Of a stretch of 64,000 nt of DNA, positions 36,099 to 50,879 are shown one piece after another. Numbering within the stretch: the stretch's first letter is position 1; every line of letters starts with the position of its first letter. Made by a program: the position numbers and the translations under genes. The stretch spans positions 9,858,001 to 9,922,000 of the forward strand of contig NC_042997.1 in the NCBI RefSeq assembly GCF_006345805.1, given 5' to 3'. The notes under the pieces are model-generated. The model searched no databases. It was not told the DNA's origin and saw nothing but the letters and a program-made list of their open reading frames with translations. The stretch is from Octopus sinensis. Taxonomy: Eukaryota.

Positions 36099-36777
36099 AC
36101 ACACAACACACACATATATATATATATATAGTCTCGTAAGTAAAGAGACAGCAGCGAATATATTCCTGAGTACATAAATTCTAAGCTATCTCTTTCTAAA
36201 ACTATGTTAAACCTCTGCCGAATATCTAGCTTTTTTTATGTATAAAATACTCTAGTAAAAGGTTCACTTTTCTTTAATAGAAATTGTATCTCTGTATCAT
36301 TTCAGCTCTCCACCGTATTTCTATTTCTTTCCACCAATGTCACACCAAAAGAACCCAACCAAATCTGAAGGAGAGAGGGTTATAACATTGTAGAATCAAT
36401 ACATTATAGTAGCACCAAGTGAAGACTTAAAGAAATCGTGTTCTATCTAATCGATATGTAGTGAGGTGTGTCGCTATTAGATTTAAGCAATCTCGACAGT
36501 AAATTTAGTCAATGAACAACGAATGACTGAAGTCATACCTGTGGGTTTGGCTTTGTTGTTGTTGTACTTTGTTTTCCTGCATTTTCGAACTAATTGAAAG
36601 TGTCACGGTTTACAGGATCTTATAGTGTTTTTATTTAACAGAATCAACAATGTAGTAACATCAGCCTTTGCGCTTCCTGCTGTACAGCATACCAGTTCAT
36701 TACAGATTTGCCTACAAGAAAATCAAAGCTTCAAAGAATATATACATGCATGTTATATATATGAATGCATATATATA

Positions 36778-36815
<38 letters not shown>

Positions 36816-36922
36816 TATATATATATCTACATATACATATCTACATTTATCTATCTGTCAGTTTATCTCTCTGTCTGTCTCTCTCTATATATATATAATA
36901 TATACGTATGCGTGTATGTATG

Positions 36923-36961
<39 letters not shown>

Positions 36962-37252
36962 CAAGACAGAGAGAAAGAGAGGAGCAAAACGCATTTTTAT
37001 CAATATATAAATCAATATATAAGCATCGCATACGCATCACAAATAGGCACACATATACGGTTGTTTCAGCTTAATAGGTGATATTTGCCTCGATAGTAAC
37101 GTCGAATGAAAATGTCTCTTCGTATTCACTTTATGTTCTGAGTTTCGATCCTGTTGAGGTCAAATTTACCATTTACATATTATATAACTGAACAACACAC
37201 TCCTCACAAATTGCTGACCTATCTTAAACACACGCACGGACACACACACAAA

Positions 37253-37286
<34 letters not shown>

Positions 37287-37436
37287 TATTATATGGAGTG
37301 GCTTGAAACGGTCGTACTGCATCACTTCTTCACATCGTGTTGCTTATTTTGATTTTATTCATCTTCGAGCTATGCAGATAATATGGAACTGACTTGTGCT
37401 TCAACTTAAATACCTATTTCAACTGAATCTCAATTG

Positions 37437-37526
<90 letters not shown>

Positions 37527-37730
37527 CGGTAATGTTCATAGCCACTTCAACATGGTTGCCCTTGAAGTGGCTACGAACATCACTCGTTAGTACAACTACT
37601 AGCGATTTTGCTTTTATACATAGATACACGGACACATACACACACATACATACATACATACACACATACATACATACATACATACATACATACATACATA
37701 CATACATACATACATACGTGTGTGTGTGTG

Positions 37731-37771
<41 letters not shown>

Positions 37772-38089
37772 ACTTTTTCGCAATTATACTAATGCACGTG
37801 CATAGACCATGCGAGGAAATAGTAAAACGAATATGTCAGGACGAAATGGATAGGTAAGTCAAGAATATTTCAAACGTATATATCACCCATGTTTTCAGTG
37901 TGCCAATTTTTCCAGTTAAACGGCCAACCTAGGATATTTTCCTGTAATAATTCTTCCGTCTTTGGATTCTTAGCTTTAGTTATAATTATTTATAATTTTA
38001 GCCGTCAGCAACTGTGCCATATTGTCTGTCTCTACTGAAAATGGCAAAGTGAAAATGCTGACGTGCCTTGCGTCCTGGTTAACGAAGTG

Positions 38090-38560
38090 AGCAATAAAAG
38101 AACGAAAACCAAAGACAACACAGGAGAGGCAGGTTTTAACAAAGAGAGTGTTAGGTTAATGATTTAAAAGGAAAAGAAAGAGTCGTTTCTTGCTCTAGAA
38201 CTTCATCAGAAGAAAGAGAAAAGCATGAAGGAAAGAGAAAAAATAGTGAGAAAAAAGAGAAAAAGTGGAAAGTGAAGCCTGGTAATAATAATGCTGTATA
38301 GGGAAAGTAAGAGTGGAGGAAAGGTTGGTGTGTATGTTCAGGTGTAGGTGTGTATCCGTGTGGGAATGAAGTATGTTACTCTTTAGGGTTTGTGTTTGTG
38401 AATAGAAGCGTGCAAGTATGGAAGTTTAATGGTAAAGGTTAGTAGGGGGTATAAGATATTGGTTTGTGTATAATCATAGTGTGTGAAGAAAGCATGAATG
38501 TACAAAAAATGTAAGAATGGACGCAAGAGTGAGGCATAAGGGAAGGCAAGAGAAATGTGA
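38090..38560 (-). mobile_element. Highly decayed PLE remnant with terminal-repeat-like sequence
   Basis: PTDTHLHL-like peptide near 38340-38370 and a degenerate CTGATGA...GAAAC motif at 38185-38209. Confidence 0.35.
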
Positions 38561-38987
38561 AGAGTCTGAACTACAAGAAAAGAAAGTGAGAGAAAAGATT
38601 CAATTTCTGCGGGAGCAGAGAAGTCAGGGAAAAATAATTACAACTTATTGGTAAAATCTAAAAAATTATAGGAGTTTTGCGAGACAAAAGTTATTTAAAG
38701 AGCGCAGAGCACTAGTGAAAGGTCCGAGAATATTGAATCGAGTGTCCTAAGGATGGTAAAGAACAATTAATTATTTTTGCGGCAAGTGTGTGTGTGTGTG
38801 TATGTGTGTGCAAGAACTGGTGTGTGAAGTGTTTCCCAAGGAACAAACGTGAAAATACGTATCTTGAAGGATATCCTGTGCGGTAGGTGGAGCGTCTAGG
38901 AATGGTGGGTATGTACATACATTCGTACATACATACATACATGGATATATAGATAGATACATGACGGCAGGCATTCATGTTAGGTTG

Positions 38988-39018
<31 letters not shown>

Positions 39019-39234
39019 GAATGCTAGCAATTTCTCCATGCGTGGCTGTATGTATAAGGGCAATTTTATTCTTTTGCCCAGGACGCAAGACACTTCTGTA
39101 AATTCAGTTGGTTATTATGAGTAGAGCATCTGTTTGTGGTTTAACCTGTTTCAGTAATTCAACTATGGCCATGCTAAGAATGTATCGCTCTGAAAGGATA
39201 TACGTTTTAAATTCAGTTGTGGTTGTGTGTGTTT

Positions 39235-39336
<102 letters not shown>

Positions 39337-39900
39337 ATTTATACATACACATACATGTGTGTGTGTATATCTGTGCATCACAACACAGAGAGATTCCTAT
39401 TTAAAAGCTCATAATCCAGCGCAGCTTACAATAGGATGTATATTCATTAACGCAAATACTTTCAGTAGTATCTACAACGAGAAGAAATTACAAGTTTTAA
39501 TTGAAATAACAGACATTCTACACACAAAAACTGAGTTAATCAACAAAGGATATAATGAAAATAAATTCTGCCTCTGCAACCAAAATAAAACACTCAAATC
39601 CGATTAGGAATTCGAAATAAAGAAATTTAAATGCAAACATTTATGGAATTGGCCTAAAATACTTCAAAAGTCAAAGTTAAATACAACATCGTTAACGCAA
39701 AGAAGAAGCTGACACTAGCAGTCTGATAACTGTGATATATCAGAACATCTGGATGGCTTTGGAAAAACTAAAATTAAGAAACTGTAATTTCAAGCTAAAA
39801 TAATTTGATAGATCAGCCATTGATATTTCGGGCAAGTTTGACGCATAGATGTAAACTAGTACGAATATAGAAGTTGTTTGTGGCATTGTTACTAAATGTG

Positions 39901-40281
39901 GAGGCGCAATGGCCCAGTGGTTAGGGCAGCGGACTCGCGGTCGTAGGATCGCGGTTTCGATTCCCAGACCGAGCGTTGTGAGTGTTTATTGAGCGAAAAC
40001 ACCTAAAGCTCCACGAGGCTCCGGCAGGGATGGTGGTGATCCCTGCTGTACTCTTTCACCACAACTTTCACTCACTCTTACTTCCTGTTTCTGTTGTACC
40101 TGTATTTCAAAGTGCCGGCCTTGTCACTCACTGTGTCACGCTGAATATCCCCGAGAACTACGTTAAGGGTACACGTGTCTGTGGAGTGCTCAGCCACTTA
40201 CACGTTAATTTCACGAGCAGGTTGTTCCGTTGATCGGATCAACCGGAACCCTCGTCGTTGTAACCGATGAAATGCTTCCAC
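39901..40281 (+). mobile_element. Full-length tRNA-derived SINE (family C) with 10-bp target-site duplication
   Basis: A box tggcccagtggttagg, B box ggtttcgattccc. TSD actaaatgtg at 39891-39900 and 40282-40291. Confidence 0.92.
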
Positions 40282-40450
40282 ACTAAATGTGAAAAAAAAA
40301 TACATGGTTGCTTAGCGTAGAAGTTGATAATTGGATCTTAAAAGTAGACGAGAAATGGACCTAGTTTTAACTAGATTTCACAAAAATGCGCATAAGACAT
40401 ATAGAATTATATATATGTTTTAAATTGTTAATCAACACCAAATAATATCA

Positions 40451-40772
40451 TAGGAGTGGCTGCGTGGTAAGAGGTTTGTATCTTAACCACATAGTTCCTG
40501 GTTCAGTCCCATTGCGTGGCACCTAAGAAAGTGTCTTATACTATGGCTCTGTATAGATTAAAACCTGTGTGTATGTGTCTGCATTTGTGCTCGTATCCCG
40601 CAAGCACTTGACAAACTGTTGGCTTATTTACGTCTCTGTGATTCGGCAAAACTGGCCGTTAGAATAAGCACCAGGCTTTAAAAAATAAGTATTGTGTCCA
40701 TTCGTTTGTATAGAAACCTTCAAGTCAGTGCCCCAACATGACCGTAGTTCAGTAACTGAAACAAGTAAAAGG
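40451..40772 (+). mobile_element. tRNA-derived SINE family B, diverged
   Basis: taggagtggctgcgtggtaag...ggttcagtcccattgcgtggcacc head through ccccaacatgaccgtag...aaacaagtaaaag tail. Confidence 0.8.
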
Positions 40773-40899
40773 CAAAGGGCATGTGTATATAAGAGCATAC
40801 ACGCATACATAAATATATACATACGTACTACGTACCTACAGACGGACGGACAGACAGGTAGACAGACAGACAGACAGGCAAATATACATACCTAATAAA

Positions 40900-41530
40900 C
40901 AAGAGACAGTGAAGTCCTTGGAGTTCCAATATACAACGGAAAATGTAGATTATGTCATATTTCTGTGGAAGATATCACACGTGATTAGCTGCTGGCCTAA
41001 GTTATGTTATCAAGCTACTGCATCACTATGCGACACAATGTTATCACAAATACAATATACAATGCCATGTGGAAAAAAAGACGGTCCTGGAATAAATATA
41101 GAAAATCTCCCTATAATTGGATAGTACACAAATATCAACACAACTCATACTGGTGGAATATTCGCATCTAAACCTATGTAAAGTGTGAACATAACATGCC
41201 AGATATTGTTGTTTGGGACAGGCAAGTAAACGTATGTACCGTCATAAAGGTCAGCTGTCCTGCTGTTGTGAATATCTCTTTGAAAATCAAAGGAGGAAAA
41301 TTATGGACAGCTGCTTCGAAAACTCCAGCTTCTATAACCAGATCATAAATTCACATTTATACCAATAATGATTGCTGCACTTGGCTTTGTGACCAGATGC
41401 CTAACTGACAATCTGGATAAGCTTGGATTTTTAGTGAAAGAAATCTACGAAATAACAAACACGTTGCAAACATAATGTGTAAGTGGAACCGTAAAAATAT
41501 GCAAGTCTTTTCTCAAGCCTAAAATGTGAC
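40900..41530 (+). mobile_element. RLE-type non-LTR retrotransposon C-terminus (CCHC finger and PD-(D/E)xK-like endonuclease), decayed
   Basis: CRLCHISVEDI/HVISCWPKL, YWWNIRI*TYVKCEHNMPDIVVWDRQ..CTVIKVSCPA, FIPIMIAALGFVTRCL. Confidence 0.8.
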
Positions 41531-42926
41531 ATTGTTTTTTTTTTGTTTTTTTTTTTTGTTATCTATATTTCAACGATGGAGCTTTGTATCTTTGTTAGAA
41601 GACAGCTTTTTCCTCGCAGAAACAATTTAAATACTTAAAATAGAGGAGAACATAATACACATTTGTTACTGCGAATTTTATGTTGTAATAGTTACGCCAT
41701 GAAAAGAAAACTGTTCTGAATTGAAGAATCTTGAACTATCCCAGATGACTGCACAGCATATCAATGTTATTTCAGAACCCTGTTAAAAAATTTCACTGGA
41801 TGAATATAATGGGAGATTTTAGCGTATATGATATGGATAGTTGCCACTAAGACCCGAAAGGGGATTGAACACATTTTTGTCAAAATATTCCTGGTATGTA
41901 ATTCAAACATATCTGATATCGGAATATGTGTAAAAAATATGAAACTGAATTTCAGCAAGGGTAGATAGCACTTAGCTAGATCTTCAGGAACGTTTATCGT
42001 CTAGTTTTTCTTTCTCGCTGAAGGCGCTCTAATTTACATTGCTCTAGTAAAATCTGCCGAAAATAAGTACCCATAATACTGACGAAGAATCGGATTAGGC
42101 TCATTAATGATAACAAAAAATCGTCTGTGCACTGTATAAAAGTATTAGAATACTTTCATCCTGGTGACAAGGTGTTTAATGTACGCATTGGATTCATTTA
42201 GCAACGTGAAAGTTTTCTCTAAATTTCAGATAACTAAAGTCAAAACGTAAGTTGACTTGATTTATTCATGCTACCAGAACTGATGATGTTATCTCCGTTT
42301 GTTGAAAGAGCGTTGGGCGATGAGAGCTCTCCAAACCCCAGTGTGAGCCAAACTGTACCCTTCTTCCAAGGTTACAACCATCTCAGTCAAATTTACCAGC
42401 ACAGTCTTGCCGGCCTCTCCAACTTTAAACATAATATGTGGCCAGACGACTTCGTCTCTCTGTGTTGGTGCCTTGCACTATACTTACAACAGTTCCTCTC
42501 ATGATTTCATTGTTTTTGATGTGATCACGCCCGGTGATCTTTAGGGTATTTCTAAAGAACCGGCGATGAAAAAACATTCATTATGTTACAAATCATATAA
42601 ACATGTGACAAGTGCCTCATGTTCACAGAAACAAGTATAAATCTGGTTCTCAGGTGTTCTTACCCAGATACACCCACAAAATGTCATGCAGTTACTAAAA
42701 CGTGCATAGAATGTAGAAAAATATTCATTTCCAAGCAATATGTAAATCAATAAAAAAAAAATCGTGTGAGGAAATTGAAGAAAGTGATAATGAAGATTCA
42801 CAAATATTCATGAAAACGGTATAAAAATGCTGCAATGATCAACGAAAAACTCAACAATGTTAACGTTAAAATCCGTGATAACAGTCACAGTCATATTCTG
42901 TAATATATCAGATATATCAGACCTTT

Positions 42927-44120
42927 TTGACTGATTTGAATAAACTAAAATTACGAAAGTTTAATTTCACTGAAATTTTGCTGAAGCTTGATGCATTAAT
43001 TGAAACTGATAAGAGCATAAAAGTTATGGGTGTCATTGTTAGTGCATGTAAAGAAATCATGACTTGCTTGCTTGGTGTGGACGTGATGAATGTTGATAGT
43101 TCAACATTAATTCATGAGATTGAAGCTCCAGGAAATTTTGGAAGATTAAGAGGGTTTAATGCCAGCATTCTTCTCAAATGAAATACTAGGCCATCTTATT
43201 TCAAGGCAAGCCCATTAGCAATGCACATTAAACCATTAGTCACCACGAAGCTGTGAAAACTAATTAATGGAAGTCATTTGGAAGTTTCTCACGATAGCGC
43301 TCCTTCAGTGGTTGTGCAAAAAGCAGATGGAGATGTGGTGGGTAGGTGGTGACTATAAATTAGGTGTAAATGAAAGAATTTGTTGAGGTTCTTATCCAAA
43401 TCCAATAGTGAATCGATAATTCATTCCTATTCCGGGTTGAATTATTTACTAAACTGGATTTAAAAGACGCATGTAATCAGATTGAAATGTGTTCTGAATG
43501 AAATGAAGTTACTGTGATAAATACACCACTGTGTGTGTGTCACACAAATGTTTTAATAAAGGGTTGAACTTCGCATCAAAGAGGGATTGAACATGCGAGA
43601 AATAGCATAGATAATATTGTAATTTATCAGGATAATGTATATATTGGTGCTAAAACTATTGAAAGTCTACAGATCAAGATATATAAGATCACAAAAGGGC
43701 TGTAATATTTAGTTTTAGCGATCAATGGAGCTAAATCTGTGTTATAGACTGATTATTTTATTCCTTCGTGATATAGAGAGAAAATGGAGGTTATATCATC
43801 AAATCCTCGGTTTGTAGCAAGAATTATGTTTGTAAACATAATTAGAATAATAAGTATTTCAATTGTTCTGGGATTTATCAGTTATATGGGAAATATATTG
43901 AATATTAATTAGATCACATATCGCTGTTTACATTACTTCGTAAGCGTGATTTCCTCTGTCATGGAAATTCCAAGAACATGAAGGCACTTAAACATATAAT
44001 CTTGACAGTAGTAGCAAAGCCAATAGTCTAGCGTTAAGATGTCACAAAAGAGAGTACCTTTACTATTGACGGAAATCAAAGGGCTAGATCGGAATTACTT
44101 TCACAAGATCCTTAATCACG
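42927..44120 (+). mobile_element. Gypsy LTR-retrotransposon pol remnant (RT-RNase H)
   Basis: GRLRGFNASILLK*NTRPSYFKARP, APSVVVQKADG, GDYKLGVN, FTKLDLKDACNQIE, IVIYQDN and LGFISY match Gypsy RT motifs; heavily frameshifted; no LTRs found. Confidence 0.8.
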
Positions 44121-44589
44121 GCTTAAGCAGGATACTCAAATTTTGAATGACAACCCTTTGCGATTGTATAGTGTGCTTAGAAATCATAACATTTTCTGCC
44201 TGCTCAAAAATAGAAAATGGAGAATTTGATTTTATTGTTTAGCAAAGATTGTCGTTTATCGAAAGTGACCTTCGAACAGATTTTAAGATAAGTCTTACAA
44301 ATGATAGCATTTCATTATGAATTATATTACGTAAATGAATTTCAAATCCCACATTTTGCGCATTAACACGATTAAAAATGAAGATTTGGTCGAATACGGG
44401 GATAATGATTTTGATGATGATGTACACGACGATAAGGAGAAAGGAGGAGGAGGACAACGACGACGATGGGGATGAGGGTGAGGGTGGTGGTGGTGGTTGT
44501 GTAGGAACGAAAGTGATGATGGTGATGCAGAAAATAGTGTCATAAAACATGAACATTGGAAACTATAGATGGTAATATTGGTTTCAGAT

Positions 44590-44776
44590 TTTTGCACAAG
44601 GCCAGTAATTTCAGTGAAAAGAGCTAGTCGAATACAATGACCCCCAGTGCTCAACTGGTAATTATTTATCGACCCCGAAAAGATGAAAAGCAAAGTCGAC
44701 CTCGGCAGTATTTGAACTTAGAAAAATAGAGACATACAAAATACTGCTAAGCATTTTGCCCCAGCGAGTTAACGAT
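44590..44776 (-). mobile_element. tRNA-derived SINE family A, diverged
   Basis: gaccccgaaaagatgaaaagcaaagtcgacctcggcag core plus head. Confidence 0.8.
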
Positions 44777-46559
44777 TCTGTCAGATTGCCGCCTTAATTT
44801 AATATAATTAGTAATATTAAAATACAATACTGGAAGAATTCGCTCAGTTGGCAATTTAAGTCATTGAAAAAATAAGCTAACATTGGAAGATGGTATCAAT
44901 TAAAATAGAAAATTAGCTGTTCCACTGTTGTGTTGATATAGACGGAGAACTCTAGACGTCGAGGAGTTGAGTAGAGGTCATCCGAACATGCGATATAACA
45001 GTAGCGACGAGGATTTCGTAGCTCACACAGCCACTGTGTAGTATTGCGATACAACATCCACTCACGGGTTTCATTAATTATAAAGCCATATAAGAAGATT
45101 CAGTTACATGGTTTTTGCAACAGTAATAGAGCAAGATGATGATCGTTAATTTTGCAAAGAATAGATTTTGTGCCGGGGTTACCATCGCTGCACTAACCTT
45201 TTGAAATAGTCGGAATGGAGTTGTGGACTCTCTGCCATGTGTGTATTTGTGTGCGCGCGCGAGTGTATGTATACAGAGTGTGTGTCCTTAGAAATCCTGA
45301 CGTACTGGAAGACCACTGGGTGTGAGAGACCTCTCAGCTTTTGTTAAAGCATGTTTCTAAGAGAAGCTCAATTTGATATAAGACCAGATATGCAAGGAAT
45401 GCATTTGAAAATTGTGGGTATATTTTGTCTTGCGCAAGTTTACATTATTTTCAAGCAGAAGTTTACACTATTTTCGAGCTTCTATCTAGCAAGCTTTGAG
45501 TAGATCGATTTGCATCACAAAAGCAAGCCATTTTTTTAAATAGCAAGATGTTTGTTGCCGAAGTGGTTTCACAGTAAAGGTACTTAAGTTGAGTAAGCTT
45601 CAGCCCAATATATTTTTAGCTGCTTCATTTATTCAATAGAAGGGCCATCACTGGCATTTTACTAGTATCGAAGTAGATCTTGGTTTAAGTGTAGCGCTCA
45701 AGTAAGAGGAAAGAAGTACTTACATCTTCTCAGCACGTTTAGTGATGCTGTATTACTGTTTTAGTCGGTGGCGTTGTTATTACTTGCAGCCACGACGTTG
45801 TTAGCGAAATTCCACGAGGTTTCAAATATAATTTTTTAAAATCAAGTTTGACTAATGCTATGTTGAGTAAAAGGTATTTCTTTTAGTGATAATGGCATAA
45901 ATGAAGCAGTTACTGACTTAGGCTGGAGGAGTCGACATAAATATATAAGAAAACTTTTTAAAAGCATTTTAAGCATTCCTCTACGCCTGCACGTATACGT
46001 CGTCTTGTATATATTAGTGCGTATATCTATATTTTTCAAGAATTAGTCATTTAGGCAACCATATCTGTAAAATAATAAAAAAGTACTAGTGTTCAGCCCA
46101 GCAAGGACATTGGAGTACAATTACAGCTGCAATAAAAGATAACATGATATTGCTAAATTGTACGATATTTTAAAAACTTTTTATACGTATACATAATATA
46201 GTGTTTTCGGGTTTGAGTACAAAACCGAAAATATACGAGAATAGGTTTTAGTACACTAATGTCCAGGGTGTATACATGGTGTTATCATTCTAGTGTAATG
46301 GAAAGGTGGTTGTATAATGCATCTACTTTAGTTACATATGAGATTATGTAAATACAAACTATTCGTTGTAATAATTTGAAAGAATAGCTGAGAAAATTAA
46401 CCAGACACTAGCTGCATGGAAACTTAATTATAAAGTAGGTATTTAGAATATTTGACGTAGTAGGGCAACAAAATTTAATTAATTAAAATTACTTTGTTTA
46501 GCTAAGAGAAAAATAATCAATTATATGATTAATTCCGATAAAAATGGCAGAGGAGCAAA

Positions 46560-49450
46560 ACCGAAAAATATGAGATGTAATGGGGAGTGTGTCCAATCTT
46601 CAGAAGTAGGTGACGACCCTAGCCGTGTTTTGGAGTTATCACACCTCAAGAAATCAACAAAATATCGTTAAACAGGAACTTCTAGACCTGTTAATAACTG
46701 TAGATTTATAGGTTTCCTTGATTCAGTTGCGTATCTTTCAAGAGTAACTGGAGTCCGTGTCCCTAATTTGGGCGGTGGTTTACTTTAATAAACTTTTCAG
46801 TCTGGACCAGCAAAGTGCATATATCAATCTTCCATATTAAAAGGCGGGTTTGATACAGGTTTATTCCATTTGTATCAACAAATTACTGAATAAATATACC
46901 TGGTATGTGGGTATATTCTGACTTAGTAATGTCTGGCGATCAGAAATGATATATAAACAGTTATTTCTCCGCGATGAGTGTATATTTATTTCATTTTTTA
47001 TAGTTATTTGCGGATGGGAATTGATATTGAGTAGCTAAAATCAAATCTTTGGTTTCTGCATTTCATCTAGTGTTTTGAGCTCATCTTATATATTTCTGCA
47101 CTGTCTAGAATATTGCCAGGGGAAAGGCCTTTCTCTTTTTGTATTTGGTAAATTTTTAGTTTCAGTCTTTTATTATATTTTACGTATTTTTCAGATTTTT
47201 TGTTGCTTTGTTCTCATTTAAGACGTTTGTCTTCAGCGTATTTTGGTTTTGTTCTCAAAATGTTTCCTTATTAAATTAATCACTGACACTTGCTTTAAAG
47301 TATTTTTGTTGTTCTTTTTTTTCTCTATTCTCTAATGTACAAAGCGCCTTCCATCGTATGCTAGAAGATATATCTTATTTATAATGGCTTCGTTGTAGAT
47401 GAGTTCGAAATGTGCAAACGGAGGTTTTTACCCAGGAAATTTGTAATTTCAAAAAAATACTCAAGTGTAGTCAGAGTGAGAATTTTTCCATCTTATCTAA
47501 ATTTTATCCCCATCTTCATGGCTTGCAGTGATGTAATTCTTTTCTTCTCTTAATGACATCCTCCCTATATTCTTATCAAAATTGATAAAAGGATTTATGC
47601 TGCAAAATACTTGTCAGTTATGAATCCAAGGTGTGCTCAGGATTTTCTTTTTCTTCATATTCTGTTCAATAATTGCCTGATTGGTAAATAACTGTCAACT
47701 CTCACATACCCCTTTACGATACAATTTATATTCATCTGTTATGCTGTTAATACTTCCAAGGTTAACAACCAGACCGCTAATGGCAATGTATATAAAGGTT
47801 GAATAAACTGGCTATTTGTCTTAGAGTTATGGATACTGTTTTAATTTTCAGGATTAATATTGTCTTCTGGCAAAATATTAAATGTTTTGCCACTTATTAA
47901 AGAATACTGTTTACATACACCTTTTAAAAGTTAAGGACTTCGAGTCAGGAAGGTTTCCAGGTAGTAGCTGCATTTATTGTATTCGTCAACTTTACGATAG
48001 ACATATAGGGCTGTGCACGAATGATGCCTACATTCTTTACATTTTCCCCAAACTAATATCCTGTATTCCTTGAATATGAAGAAATTTCTTCATTTCATAT
48101 TTTCTTTAAAATATGTTTGAAATATGATTTGATTTCTGAAGATGTTGGTATCTCAATAATTTTTTGTTGTTGATCTCTTTAGAAACTTCTAGAATTTGTT
48201 GAGAATATTTTATTATCATGAAAAATGTTCTCACGAAGCGCCTTTTACGGCATGACTTTGCTAAGATGGTTTCATTAAGTTTTTATTTAACTTCCTGTAT
48301 ATCATTTTTTTCTATGTTATATTTTCTTAACCTGAAGTTTGTTTGTGTTTCTGTTTTCCATATTAGACTCTCCCTTCCTACTTCATTAAGTCTATCGTAT
48401 TTTTATCACGTTTATATATCTTATTTCCACTATTTTTTTCTCTCTAGTGTACGTGGTTTAAGAAAAATCTGTTCCTATTAGCATCAAACAAATATCTAAC
48501 AGTACTGCAAGGTCTGTGAATGTATTAAATTATTCAGCCTGCTGTTGGCTACATTTGTTACTGTTGAAACAATTTCTTTGAGGGTCATAGGTAATTTGCG
48601 GAGATGAATGTTGATCTGAAGCTACAAAATTATACTATCATTGATACATGTTTACTAATTTTTGTTTTCTATTTTCTTCGTCGATTCTCATAATTTTCCT
48701 TCAATGTTGGCTGTTATTATTCCACTCTGGTGAGCAGTTTGTGTTCGTCGAGAGTCAATTTTCTCTATAACTGGCTAGTTGTTTCCATGAGCACATGTTC
48801 ATTTACATTTTTTTATAAGTTTACCTCTTTTTTATTCTCATTGGGCTAGACACAAATAAGTGAGGCATGGAGAGGGAAGGCTGGTATGCATGGGTGACTG
48901 CTGGTCTTCCATAAACAACCTTACCCGGACTTGTGTCTCAGAGGGGAACTCTCTAGGTGCAATGCCATAGTCATTCATGACCGAAGGGAGGTCTCTACCC
49001 TTTTTATATGTATGTAGGTTATTGAATCTGAACATTTACCATACGACTCGAGCTTCTGAACATTTACCATACGACTGTGATCTTCTGGTTAGAATTGTTA
49101 CAACTCTTTTGTGAACGTATATTTTCATTTGGTGATGTGATTCTAGTCTTATGATTGTTTGTTCGTTGGTTTACGTTGTACATTTTCTGATTGGCTGATA
49201 TTTTTGTGTCTTCATTAATTATTTTTTTATGTTGTTAATTTGATTATTCATTTTTTATTTACTTAACTCTTCTTTTTTAGATTTCCTTTTGACATGAATT
49301 TTGGTCAGGTTTGGTTCGGCATGAGCTTTTTACCGTATTGTGCTTGTAAATGTTGTCGTTCGTAAATATTAGAGACTTTACAAAGTTGTTTGTCTGCGAC
49401 TAATTTTAATTATGAAACTAATTTAAGACATATTTATGGTTAATGAATTT
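46560..49450 (-). mobile_element. Near-full-length but heavily decayed R4/Dong-like LINE, interrupted by a SINE tail at 48860-49002
   Basis: In order on the minus strand: NKIFSTNSRSF*RDQQQKIIEIP, AATTWKPS*LEVLNF*K (NWKAPGPDG-like), EPL*IRYIF*H (IKRGIFQGD-like), VQTEKFIKVNHRPN (QTD.....NRPD-like RLE). Confidence 0.6.
48860..49002 (+). mobile_element. SINE 3' tail fragment (same family as 28934-29270)
   Basis: ggtatgcatggg.gactgctggtcttccataaac.acctt...ctaggtgcaat.ccat.gtc.ttcatgaccgaaggg is shared. Confidence 0.85.
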
Positions 49451-49710
49451 TCAAATTTAAGCGATTTTTGTGTGGCTATTAGAAAGACCTTGCTAAACCA
49501 ATTATTTTTATTTCTTAATTATAATGCGTTAGTGTGCATGTGTGTATGAGTGTGCGTGTATGTCTTTGTATGTGTCTATGTGTGTGCGTGTCTGAACATC
49601 TGCTTTTTGTAACGTTATTGTGGTTGGTTGGCTGGTTGGTTGGTTGGTTGGTTAAAATATTTGGAATTTGGTCAGTGTTCAAAAAGTATGTCGACTCTTT
49701 CATTCGCAGC

Positions 49711-49742
<32 letters not shown>

Positions 49743-50446
49743 TTGTGCGTGCTGGTATCTGCATGTGAATGTAAGTGTGAGTGCGTGTGTATGCCTGTAT
49801 ATGTTTATATGTACACACTGTATCTTATCTGTTCCACATATGGAACAGTCATGTTTACAATCATTCAATCCGTCACCATACGATCTTTTTGCAGATATAC
49901 TATGTTTAAGACCACACCACACAAAGAGCTCTGATTATAAATCAATAGCGTTTGATTTTAATAGGGTTTACCTACTAATTATAGCAGATCGAACGGCTAC
50001 ATACAGGCTTCATCGAAGGTCCGTATAGATTTTGTATGAATTTATGACTGTTTAAATATATGTCTGTGTTTCTAAGTATCTGACAGAGTTTATCTTGCTG
50101 AAGACAGACAATGAGAAGGTGAAATTGAGAGAGAAAGAAAGAAAATCCATCAGACGTGTGTTAAATTTGAAATTTGTATCAATTGTTTCGTTTCAGAGAA
50201 GAGTAAGTCAACTGAAAAACAATGCTATGTTTAAAATATAAGGAATAGGTCGAAGTAGACCAACAGGCTGTCAGTTTGAGACACAAGTACAAGACACTGA
50301 AGACTTGTATAGATATTTGCATCACGAATTAAGTTTAATAAAGTGATAACTCCAATGAACCTTTAAGATAGTATCGGTATCCATGTCTTCCGGAGATTCG
50401 CTAAGACAACAATGTGAGTGTGTGTGCGCATGTGTGTGTGTGTGTG

Positions 50447-50481
<35 letters not shown>

Positions 50482-50879
50482 TGTGTGTGTGCGTCTGTGT
50501 AAAGCAGAAAAGTGAAAATTGTAATCTCTTCTATCCTTATATCTGAATATCACACACTATGATTGCTTCTATAGAATACTTGGGACCACGCGAAAAAGGG
50601 CTGGGATAAGAACCTTATCTAGCCATGCCCAAGGAGGCATTGAATGTAGTTGCGAAAGCCAATTAAGTGTTTGTTAAATTTATAATGCCAACGCTTCACG
50701 TTATCGTTATTATTGTTTTTGTTGGCGGTGGTTGTAGTTAGTTCCAATCAATTAAGCCTTATCGATTAGACTCATGATCAAAGACGCTCAAACCTTGACA
50801 ACCCTATTTTCATATATATGTATGTGTGCATGTATGAGTATGTGTGTGTGTGTGTGTGTGTGTATAAACATGCATCTAT

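Noticed and set aside
39901-39975. tRNA-like sequence
   Set aside because: It is the head of a SINE: it continues into a SINE body and is flanked by a 10-bp TSD. The same applies to 29200-29270.
49027-49076. 21-bp direct repeat ctgaacatttaccatacgact x2
   Set aside because: A simple local slippage duplication; only two units, so not an array or CRISPR.
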